From assembly GCF_001457595.1 (NCBI RefSeq), contig NZ_LN831039.1, positions 6,750,001-6,782,000 on the forward strand: a stretch of DNA of 32,000 nt. Reading direction: 5' to 3'. Every line of letters starts with the position of its first letter. Position 1 is the stretch's first letter. The notes beneath the pieces were generated by a model. It saw only the letters and a program-made list of their open reading frames with translations, was not told the DNA's origin and did not search any database. This document shows positions 9,546 to 17,244 of the stretch, in pieces. A program made the position numbers and the translations under genes. Source of the stretch: Mycolicibacterium smegmatis. Its GTDB lineage: Bacteria; Actinomycetota; Actinomycetes; Mycobacteriales; Mycobacteriaceae.

Positions 9546-10411
9546 GCAGCACCGGGCCGACGCACCTGGCGCGCCCGGCGCACCTATCGATGGGCGCCAT
9601 CTGCTTCCGGGACCGGCCCTTCCCCACGATCATCGAAGCCGCGTCGGCCAGCGGGTTCACCGGCATCGGTCTCACCGTCGGGCAGTGTGTGTCCGCGTTG
9701 GAGAGAGGCATCGGCCTCGACGAGATCAGCGCCCGCGTGACCGACGCGGGGTTGCGCGTCGCCGAACTCGAACTGATCCGGCTCGGTGACGACGGCCCGG
9801 TTCGGCACGCGAACTCCCTGGTGGAGGATCTCGCCCACGCACTCACACCCGACCGGGTGCACGTCGCGGCCTTCACGGGCGAACCGGCACGTATCGCCGA
9901 GCAGTTCGCGGAGATCTGCGAGCGGCTGAAACCTCTACCGGTGGCCTTCGAGTTCATGCCCTACAGCCAGGTCAAGAACCTCGGGCAGGCGATCGGACTG
10001 GCACAGCGCACCGGCGCGGCCAACGCCAAGGTGGTGCTCGACGTCGTGCACTTCTTCCGTTCGGGTGACGTCGCGGCCGACCTGACGGCAGGGGATCTCG
10101 GCTGGGTTGCCGGACTGCAGCTTTCGGATGTCGCGGCCCGCCACGGTGTGTCACTGCCGCGCGAGGCCCGGCACCTGCGCACCTACCCTGGCCGCGGGGA
10201 ACTGGACATCGTCGGACTTCTCCGCGCGATCTCCGACGTGTCGGCGGTGTTGCCGCCGCTGTCTGTCGAGCCGATTTCCGATGCGCTGGAACTACTTCCG
10301 CTTCCCGTGGTAGCCGAGGAGATCATGTTCAGCACGCTCGGCACAGTCGCTGCCGCGGGATGGGTCGCCGGTGACGGTGTCTTCACACGCACTGCGCCCA
10401 CCGGAAACTAG
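9542..10411 (+). CDS. Sugar phosphate isomerase/epimerase-family TIM barrel protein, paralogue 2
   Basis: GTGA start/stop overlap with paralogue 1; VAFEFMPYSQVKNLGQAI, VLDVVHFFRSG, TYPGRGELDIVGLL, PPLSVEPISD. Confidence 0.87.
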   Translation: MSSTGPTHLARPAHLSMGAICFRDRPFPTIIEAASASGFTGIGLTVGQCVSALERGIGLDEISARVTDAGLRVAELELIRLGDDGPVRHANSLVEDLAHALTPDRVHVAAFTGEPARIAEQFAEICERLKPLPVAFEFMPYSQVKNLGQAIGLAQRTGAANAKVVLDVVHFFRSGDVAADLTAGDLGWVAGLQLSDVAARHGVSLPREARHLRTYPGRGELDIVGLLRAISDVSAVLPPLSVEPISDALELLPLPVVAEEIMFSTLGTVAAAGWVAGDGVFTRTAPTGN

Positions 10412-10419
10412 AGAATCGA

Positions 10420-11499
10420 GTGTCAACCGTGGTCGGACATGCTCTCCGTATCGGAATCATCGGTGCCGGTGTCATGGGCACCAAGCACGCAGAATACGTT
10501 GCACGCGAACAGGATGCGACCGTCGTCGCAGTTGCCGACCCGTTCAGCAGAACCCTGGCCGGAAAGCTCGGCGTGCCGCACTTCGACAGTCATCACGATC
10601 TTCTTGCGGCATCGGGTGTCGAGGCCGTGATCATCGCCAACCCGAACAGCGCGCATGTCGAAACCACGTTGGCGGCCATCGAGGCCGGCATACCCGCATT
10701 GCTCGAGAAACCCGTCGCGGTGACCGCGGCGGAGGCCGCAGACCTGGTGGCGGCCGTGCGCGACTCAGACGCAGTGGTTCTGGTCGGTCATCACCGCAGA
10801 CACCATCCGGCTGTGTCAAAGGCCAGGGACCTCATCGCGAGCGGTGCGATCGGCAGACTCGTCGCCGTCAACGGCATGTGGCTGACCAAGAAGTCCGACG
10901 ACTACTTCGAGCAGCGGTGGCGCCGCGAAACCGGCGCAGGCGTCATGCTGATCAACCTCGTCCACGACCTCGACCTGGCGCGATATCTGTGCGGCGAGAT
11001 CACCACCGTTCAAGCGGTCAGCAGCAACGCATTACGCGGATTCGAGGTCGAGGACACCGCAGCCGTCATCGTCGGGTTCGACAACGGCGCGATCGGTACG
11101 TTCATCCTGTCCGACTCTGCCGTCGCACCCTGGGGTTGGGATCAGGCGACACAGGATGATCCCCAGTTCCCCTGCAACCCGGACATTCCCGCATGGTCGA
11201 TTGCCGGTACCACCGGTTCCCTCACCTTCCCGCAACTCGCGCGCTTTTACCATCAGGGCGAATCCGACTGGTACCAGCCGTTGTCGCGACGGTACGAGAG
11301 CATCGGGGCCGGCGACTCCTACACTCGGCAGCTGCAACACTTCATCGCCGTCGCACGCGGTGACGCCGCGCCGTTGGTGACCGTCCAGGATGCCGCCGCC
11401 AGCCTGGCCGTGATCGAAGTCGCGCAGCGTGCTGCGAAATCCGGTCACAGGCTTGATGTCCCAGTTAATCCCGAAGTCAGCGACGGAACCACTGAGTGA
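10420..11499 (+). CDS. Gfo/Idh/MocA-family oxidoreductase (polyol/sugar dehydrogenase-like)
   Basis: LRIGIIGAGVMGTKHAEYV Rossmann motif, GIPALLEKPVAVTAAEA (EKP motif), VLVGHHRRHHPAVSKARDLI, VMLINLVHDLDLARYLCGEI. Confidence 0.93.
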   Translation: MSTVVGHALRIGIIGAGVMGTKHAEYVAREQDATVVAVADPFSRTLAGKLGVPHFDSHHDLLAASGVEAVIIANPNSAHVETTLAAIEAGIPALLEKPVAVTAAEAADLVAAVRDSDAVVLVGHHRRHHPAVSKARDLIASGAIGRLVAVNGMWLTKKSDDYFEQRWRRETGAGVMLINLVHDLDLARYLCGEITTVQAVSSNALRGFEVEDTAAVIVGFDNGAIGTFILSDSAVAPWGWDQATQDDPQFPCNPDIPAWSIAGTTGSLTFPQLARFYHQGESDWYQPLSRRYESIGAGDSYTRQLQHFIAVARGDAAPLVTVQDAAASLAVIEVAQRAAKSGHRLDVPVNPEVSDGTTE

Positions 11500-11501
11500 C
11501 A
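11487..11501 (-). promoter_or_regulatory. Degenerate operator-like motif, copy 3, upstream of MFS transporter 2
   Basis: Reverse complement TGTCACTCAGTGGTT matches 12/15 of TGCCRCTSAGYGGCA; lies at the 3' end of the Gfo/Idh/MocA gene and in the 90-bp gap before the transporter. Confidence 0.45.
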
Positions 11502-11589
11502 GCCTCTGCTGCCGAAATGGTTGCGCGAGGCGCACTGTGAGCTATCTGTGAGCATCCTGGCTCGCGGCCTCACTCAGAAAGGAACCGTC

Positions 11590-12957
11590 GTGGCCACTGC
11601 AGTCCACATCGCCATCCGCGACCTGATCGATCGTAATCCCATTGGTGGGCATCAGCGCCGAACCCTCGTGCTGTGCTTCTTCTGCATCGTGGTCGACGGT
11701 TTGGAGGTCACGGTCGTCGGGTTCTTGTCCGCCGCGTTGAAGGATGACTGGGCAATCGGCACGGCACAACTGGCGCCCGCGGTGACGGCGGGGCTGATCG
11801 GGCTCGGCGTAGGCGCACTGCTCGGCGGGCCGCTCGGCGACAGGTTCGGCCGTAGATATGTAATAGTCTGGGCCATAGGATCATTCGCCGCCACCACGTT
11901 GCTCACGGCAGCGGCGGACGGAGTTCTCACCTTCAGCTTGCTGCGGCTTCTCACCGGATTCGGGTTGGGCGCATCCATGCCCAACGTCGCCGCGCTCGTC
12001 TCCGAGACGGTCCCCACTCCACGGCGCCGTTCGATCGTCGCTGTGGTCTGGTCAGGATTCCCCAGCGGCGCCGCGATCGGCGCGGTCGTGGTGCCGTTCG
12101 TCGTCGAGACGTTCGGGTGGCGGGTCGCGATCCTGGGGTGCGGGGCCGCAGCGGCAGTGATCTTCGTCTGCGTCGGGACGTTGCTGTCCGAATCGCCGGT
12201 CTACCTCGCGAACTCGGGACACGACCCTGCCCGTCTCAGGCGGTACTGCAACGCCATCGAACCCGGCTCCGCAGACGCAGGCAGTGTCTTCGTGCGCGAT
12301 GAGAAGGTGCGCCCGCGGGCCTACCCGATCGGCGCGTTGCTCACCCCGGAGTTGCGCATCGGAACCCTGACACTGTGGGTGGGATTCATGGCCGTCATGT
12401 TCTCGATCTACCTCACCAACACGTGGTTGCCGTATCTGTTCAAGGTCGCCGGGTTCGCCACGGGTTCCATTTCGATACTCAGCACCGCGCTTCAGATCGG
12501 CGGCGCGGTCGGTTGCGCCGCAATCGGATTCATCCAGGATCGCTTCGGGCCCCACATCACCCTGGTCTGGACCAGCGTGCTCGGTGGCGGAACAGCCGCC
12601 GCGATCGCAGTCTCCCCGAACACAACTGTCGTGCTGGGCACGCTGATCTTCGTGCTCGGCATGTGTACCAACGCGATCTCGACGGGTTACACCGCCGTCT
12701 CGACGACGTTCTACCCGACCGATATCAGGTCGACCGGCACCAGTTGGGCTGCCGGGATGTCCCGTGTCGGCGCCGTGCTCGGCGCGGGTATCGGGACCTC
12801 CCTGGCAAGCCTTGGAGTGAGTTTGCAGCAAGTCTTTCTTCTACTGCTCATCCCGATCACGATCGGCGCGCTCTGTATGGCGATCAAAGCAGTGACCTCT
12901 CAGCGCGCCGGGATCACCCCGGCGCCCGACAACACCATGAATGGAGCCCGAAAATGA
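11590..12957 (+). CDS. MFS transporter (aromatic acid:H+ symporter-like)
   Basis: GTG start after AAAGGA; LVLCFFCIVVDGLEVTVVGFLSAAL, GGPLGDRFGRRYV, GFGLGASMPNVAALVSE; ORF extension to 11521 less likely. Confidence 0.87.
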   Translation: MATAVHIAIRDLIDRNPIGGHQRRTLVLCFFCIVVDGLEVTVVGFLSAALKDDWAIGTAQLAPAVTAGLIGLGVGALLGGPLGDRFGRRYVIVWAIGSFAATTLLTAAADGVLTFSLLRLLTGFGLGASMPNVAALVSETVPTPRRRSIVAVVWSGFPSGAAIGAVVVPFVVETFGWRVAILGCGAAAAVIFVCVGTLLSESPVYLANSGHDPARLRRYCNAIEPGSADAGSVFVRDEKVRPRAYPIGALLTPELRIGTLTLWVGFMAVMFSIYLTNTWLPYLFKVAGFATGSISILSTALQIGGAVGCAAIGFIQDRFGPHITLVWTSVLGGGTAAAIAVSPNTTVVLGTLIFVLGMCTNAISTGYTAVSTTFYPTDIRSTGTSWAAGMSRVGAVLGAGIGTSLASLGVSLQQVFLLLLIPITIGALCMAIKAVTSQRAGITPAPDNTMNGARK

Positions 12958-13811
12958 CCACATCCGGTTCGGTGGCGTTACGCCACGTTCGACAGCAGGT
13001 GCGACCCGACGTGTCGCTACACGCGGTGATCGCGGGTTCGGGCCCAGCTGTGTTCCTGCTCCACGGCTGGCCGCAAACCTGGCAGGAATGGCTGCCGATC
13101 CTCGAGGACCTGGCACGGCATCACACCGTGGTCGCGGTGGATCTGAAGGGTGCGGGCGGTTCGTCCAAACCCCTGCTCGGATACGACAAGGTCACCATGG
13201 CCGAGGAGCTCGACATCCTTCGCGAGAAGTTGGGTTTCGACACGGTGCAGGTGGTGGGCCACGACATCGGTGGCATGCTCGCCTACGCCTGGGCGGCGAC
13301 GCATCGCGACACCGTCACCCGGCTCGCGGTGTTCGACGTGCCGATCCCGGGCGCGTCACTGTGGGACGGGATCCTGACCGATCCGCTGGCCTGGCACTTC
13401 GCATTCCACCAGTGCCGCGACGTGCCGGAGTTCCTCATCGCCGGACGTGAACGCGGCTACGTCGAGTACTTCCTGCGGGGCCGCACCGCCAATCAGGATG
13501 CGTTCACCGACGCGGCGGTCGACCACTACGCGCACGCATTGGCACAGCCCGGCGCGGTGCGCAGCACGCTCGAGTGGTACCGGGCTTTCGCCCAGGATGC
13601 CGACGACAACCGCAAACTGGCCCGCGAGCCGCTGACCGTCCCGGTCCTCGCGTTGGGCGGGGAACACCGTTGGGGCCCGAAGATGGTCGACGTGCTGCGT
13701 GAATTCGCCACCGATGTGCGGGGCGGTTCGATTCCCGACTGCGGACACTGGGTGGTCGAGGAACGCCCCGACGTGGTGCTGGCCGAACTCGAGGCGTTCC
13801 TGCAACGCTGA
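12954..13811 (+). CDS. Alpha/beta hydrolase, epoxide hydrolase-like (Asp nucleophile)
   Basis: ATGA overlap with transporter stop; [55 protein letters not shown]. Confidence 0.9.
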   Translation: MTTSGSVALRHVRQQVRPDVSLHAVIAGSGPAVFLLHGWPQTWQEWLPILEDLARHHTVVAVDLKGAGGSSKPLLGYDKVTMAEELDILREKLGFDTVQVVGHDIGGMLAYAWAATHRDTVTRLAVFDVPIPGASLWDGILTDPLAWHFAFHQCRDVPEFLIAGRERGYVEYFLRGRTANQDAFTDAAVDHYAHALAQPGAVRSTLEWYRAFAQDADDNRKLAREPLTVPVLALGGEHRWGPKMVDVLREFATDVRGGSIPDCGHWVVEERPDVVLAELEAFLQR

Positions 13812-14675
13812 TCACCCGCCGAGGAGGAACCCCCGCAGCGCCGCAGCCAGCTCTGCGGGGTTCTCTTCGGCCGGGTAGTGCCCCGCCCGCGCGATCACCG
13901 CACTTGTCACGTGATCAGCAACCTTCTTCATGGTCTCGGTGCTGTGGCCGGCCTGCCCGTGTTCGCCTTCGACCGCGAGCACGGGCATCGCCAGTTTTGT
14001 GCGCCCCAGTTCGCGGTTGTCCGCCCTGTCCTGAGGAATCGCCCGATAGAGCGCGAACGAGCCGCGCAGCCCACCCGGCTGCGCCATGGCTCGCGCGTAC
14101 TCGTCGAGTGCGTCGGGTTCGACGGACGTCGGGTCGACGACACCCACCGTGGTGCGGCGCATCCAGTACTCGATCAGGAGACGTTCGCGTCCACGCACCA
14201 GGTCCTCGGAGATGTCGCCGGCCATGTTGAAGCCGAAATGCCAACTGCCGCCGTTGGCGACGTCCATCAGCTCTTCCTGTCCGAACCCCGACAGGCTGCT
14301 CTCGATGAAGGTCATGGTCTGCACCTCGGAAGGCCACTGTGCGGCGTACGCATACGCCACGGCCGCACCGATGTCATGACCGACCACGTGCACCGCCGAG
14401 TGTCCCAGGGTCTCGACCAGCCTGCGGACATCGTGGGCCACGGTCTTCTTGTCGTAGCCTCCACTGGGCTTGGACGTGTCACCGCACCCCCGCAGGTCTG
14501 GGACGATGACCTCGAACTCCCCTGCCAGCAGCGGGATCACCTTGCGCCAGGCGTACCAGGTCTGCGGCCACCCGTGCAGCAGCACCACCGGTTCGCCCGC
14601 CCCGGCCCGCACGTAGTGCATCTTCAGATCGTCGAAGTACGCACTGTCGTGCACGAGTGTCACGTCGGATGTCAC
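13812..14675 (-). CDS. Alpha/beta hydrolase, epoxide hydrolase-like (Asp nucleophile)
   Basis: GTG start (VTSDVTLVHDSAYFDDLKMHYVRAG); [53 protein letters not shown]. Confidence 0.9.
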   Translation of the reverse strand: MTSDVTLVHDSAYFDDLKMHYVRAGAGEPVVLLHGWPQTWYAWRKVIPLLAGEFEVIVPDLRGCGDTSKPSGGYDKKTVAHDVRRLVETLGHSAVHVVGHDIGAAVAYAYAAQWPSEVQTMTFIESSLSGFGQEELMDVANGGSWHFGFNMAGDISEDLVRGRERLLIEYWMRRTTVGVVDPTSVEPDALDEYARAMAQPGGLRGSFALYRAIPQDRADNRELGRTKLAMPVLAVEGEHGQAGHSTETMKKVADHVTSAVIARAGHYPAEENPAELAAALRGFLLGG

Positions 14676-14773
14676 GGTCGTTGCCTCCTCAGGCCTGTGG
14701 CGGGTGACGCATCGCAAGAGTTGCCGATCTTTTTGAATGCTTCACTGCCGACGACGGAAACGCCATCGACCAC

Positions 14774-14788
14774 GGCCGCTGAGTGGTG
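14774..14788 (+). promoter_or_regulatory. Degenerate operator-like motif, copy 4, between hydrolase and MpaB-family genes
   Basis: GGCCGCTGAGTGGTG matches 12/15 of TGCCRCTSAGYGGCA; in a 288-bp divergent intergenic region. Confidence 0.45.
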
Positions 14789-14963
14789 GTGCGTGACCGA
14801 CCGCGCATCTCGACCGTGCCACCAGGGCGGAAAGTCGGGGGTGAATCCGCCACCAGCGCACAGTCGGCAATTTCCGGAAAAGTGAGAACAAGTGTGTGCA
14901 GTTTTGGCGGATTTGTGTCACGATCAAGGCATAGGCACGACTCGACGCCAAAGGGGGCAGGTC

Positions 14964-15863
14964 ATGGTCGGCAGGCGAACGCCGGAGGAACTCGCGGATC
15001 TGCTGACCGTGGTGGGGCTGACCAACCAGGTGGCAAACATCATCATGCAGCTGGCGCTGCCCGGTGTCGGCCACGGCGTCAACGAGAGTCGCGTCGTCTC
15101 GGGCAGCCCGCGCCGCCGCCCGGTAAAACGCGCCCGCACCACCGGGCAGTACCTGGCCCTGGCCGTGATGGGCAGCGAGGACGACCGCGACGCCTACCGC
15201 CGCGAACTCGCACTCGTCCACGCAGCCGTGCACTCCACACCCGAGAGCCCGGTCCGCTACAGCGGCAACGCGCAACGTCTCCAGAAGTGGGTCGCCGCAT
15301 GCCTTTTCCGGTACTACCTGGACCAGTACACACTGCTGTACGGGCCGCTCGACACCGCGACACTGGACCGTCTCACGGTCGCGGCGGCTCCTCTGGCCAC
15401 GGGTGTCAACGTCAGACACAGCGACTGGCCCCAGACGTGGGCGCAGTTCACACAGTACTGGGAGCAGCAACTCGATGAACTCTCCATCGCACCCGAGGTG
15501 CGCGAGGATCTGATCTCGCTGGCGAATCTCCGCTTCCTGGAGGAGGCCTGGGGCGTGCCGGCCCGGATCGTCACCAGACCGCTCGGCGGGCTGTTCTCCT
15601 TCGGCACCCGCGGCAGCCTGCCGCCCCGGTTCCGGGAACTCATGGGCTGGTCGTGGAGCGGCGCCGATCAGCGACGATACGAGCTGCTGCTCAAGGCTTT
15701 ACGTGTGATCGATGTGGTCAACCCGTTCGCGCTGAAGTGCTTCTACCGCGCCTATCTGATGGATCTGCGGTTGCGGCGCAGGCTCAACACGGTTCCGGAC
15801 ACCCCGATCCTCGGCAGGCTCAAGGTACTCGACCAGCCGCTCGAGCAGACTTCAGCTGTCTGA
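14964..15863 (+). CDS. MpaB-family oxygenase (DUF2236)
   Basis: MVGRRTPEELADLLTVVGLTNQVANIIMQLALPGVGHGVNESRVVSGSPRRRPVKRARTTGQYLALAVMGSEDDRDAYRRELALVHAAVHS...; DUF2236-like arrangement. Confidence 0.85.
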   Translation: MVGRRTPEELADLLTVVGLTNQVANIIMQLALPGVGHGVNESRVVSGSPRRRPVKRARTTGQYLALAVMGSEDDRDAYRRELALVHAAVHSTPESPVRYSGNAQRLQKWVAACLFRYYLDQYTLLYGPLDTATLDRLTVAAAPLATGVNVRHSDWPQTWAQFTQYWEQQLDELSIAPEVREDLISLANLRFLEEAWGVPARIVTRPLGGLFSFGTRGSLPPRFRELMGWSWSGADQRRYELLLKALRVIDVVNPFALKCFYRAYLMDLRLRRRLNTVPDTPILGRLKVLDQPLEQTSAV

Positions 15864-15892
15864 CGCCGATCGCCAGGCGGGGTAACGCCGTT

Positions 15893-15940
15893 CGTAACGT
15901 CACGGCGGAAAATTCGGCAGATTTCCGCCGTGGCGTTACG
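15893..15940. terminator. Long bidirectional terminator-like hairpin
   Basis: CGTAACGTCACGGCGGAAA-(ATTCGGCAGA)-TTTCCGCCGTGGCGTTACG: 19-bp stem with one G.U/A.C position, in the 93-bp gap between convergent genes; no T-tract. Confidence 0.65.
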
Positions 15941-15956
15941 CACGAGAATCCGGGAC

Positions 15957-16475
15957 TCAGGTTGCCAGAACCAAGTCGGCCGACGAGCGCGGGTCATACC
16001 GCGCGATGAACTCCTCTTCCTGCCTCGCCCACCGCTCCCAGTGCGGTGCGTACGTGTCACCGTCGCGCAGCAGTGCCCGGCGCTTGCGGTGGGGTTCGGG
16101 GGCCTCCAGCCAGATTCCGAGATCGGCCAGCGCGCGGTTCGCCGCGGTCAGGGCGCCCACCCCCTCGACGATGATCCGCTGGTGAGCGTCGACGGTGTGC
16201 CACCCGGCCGGGCATCCACTCACCCAGTCCCAGCGCCGCCACCGGCCGGCGCGTCCGAGCGCTCGCGGTTGCAGCAGGGCCTCGCGGATGTGCTCGACGG
16301 CCCAGGCCAGCCCGTCCCAGCCCGGGTAGATGTCGTCGAGGCTGACAACGACGCTGGACTCCCAGGCCTGGCTCAACTGCCGGGCCAGCGTCGTCTTGCC
16401 GGACCCGGATCGCCCGTCGATCAGGACCGTGCGCGCGTCACCGCCCAGGGCGCCCAGGATGTCAGCGGTGGCCAA
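15957..16475 (-). CDS. Small P-loop kinase (uridine kinase-like ATP-binding protein)
   Basis: VLIDGRSGSGKTTLARQL Walker A, VVVSLDDIYPGWDGLAW, IIVEGVGALTAANRALADLGIWLEAP; 14-bp overlap with the upstream EcfT-like gene. Confidence 0.82.
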   Translation of the reverse strand: MATADILGALGGDARTVLIDGRSGSGKTTLARQLSQAWESSVVVSLDDIYPGWDGLAWAVEHIREALLQPRALGRAGRWRRWDWVSGCPAGWHTVDAHQRIIVEGVGALTAANRALADLGIWLEAPEPHRKRRALLRDGDTYAPHWERWARQEEEFIARYDPRSSADLVLAT

Positions 16476-17244
16476 TGAAATTCCAGTGCCCGGTGGCGAC
16501 CGACACCGAGATCGCCGCGGCCGCGATCACGAAAGCCGCCAGGATCAGCGCGGATTCACGCATACCGAACCGCGACGGCCGGGCCCAAGTTCTTCTTGGG
16601 TGGGCACCGAACCCGCGGGCCTCCATCGCGGTCGCCAGCATCGATCCCCGGCGCACCGCCGAGACCAGCAGCGCGAAACCCTGTGCGGCGAAACGGCGCA
16701 GCCGGTCCTGGTCGGCGACCCCTCGTGCCCGGCGCGCATAGCCGAGGTACCGCCAGTCCTGACCGAGCAACCCCACCATGCGCAACCCGGCCAGCGCGCC
16801 GAGTACGAACCGGGCGGGCAGTCGCAACACCTGCCCGAGCCCATCGGCGAGTTCGGTCGGGTCGGTGTCGATGAACAGGATCACCGACGGCAGCGCGATG
16901 GCCAGCACACGCAGAAATGTGGCCAACGCCAGCGAGATCGAGCCGTCGCTGACGGTGATGAGCAGGAAATGCCAGTGCACGGTGCCGCTCTGCTCGCCGT
17001 ACAGCAGGATCGTCACGCCGGTGAGCGCGGCGGCCAGCAGCACGAGCGCACCGCGCGTGAGCAGCGTGCGGACCGGCACCTTCAGCACCAGCATGAGGAC
17101 GATCTCCAGCACCAGCGCGGTCGCGGCCGACACCCAGTCCACGCTGAGCACCAGGCCCAGCGCGATCACCAGCGCGGCCGCGAGTTTCGCGACCGGATTG
17201 ATGCCCACGCGCCGGATGGGCGCACCGTCGACGGTGATGCTCAC
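16462..17244 (-). CDS. ECF transporter T component (CbiQ/YkoC-like)
   Basis: GTG start overlapping the ATPase stop; multi-helix protein with signature-like ARGFGAHPRRTWAR (A-R-G) and RAGLRMVGLLGQDW-type cytoplasmic segment. Confidence 0.85.
   Translation of the reverse strand: MSITVDGAPIRRVGINPVAKLAAALVIALGLVLSVDWVSAATALVLEIVLMLVLKVPVRTLLTRGALVLLAAALTGVTILLYGEQSGTVHWHFLLITVSDGSISLALATFLRVLAIALPSVILFIDTDPTELADGLGQVLRLPARFVLGALAGLRMVGLLGQDWRYLGYARRARGVADQDRLRRFAAQGFALLVSAVRRGSMLATAMEARGFGAHPRRTWARPSRFGMRESALILAAFVIAAAAISVSVATGHWNFIGHR

Noticed and set aside
11553-11570. GGCCTCACTCAGAAAGG, partly like the operator motif
   Set aside because: Only the CACTCAG core is shared and symmetry is absent; the better candidate is at 11487-11501.
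12375-12953. N-terminal extension of the 478-aa hydrolase ORF
   Set aside because: Out-of-frame translation of MFS transporter 2; hydrolase homology begins at ATG 12954.
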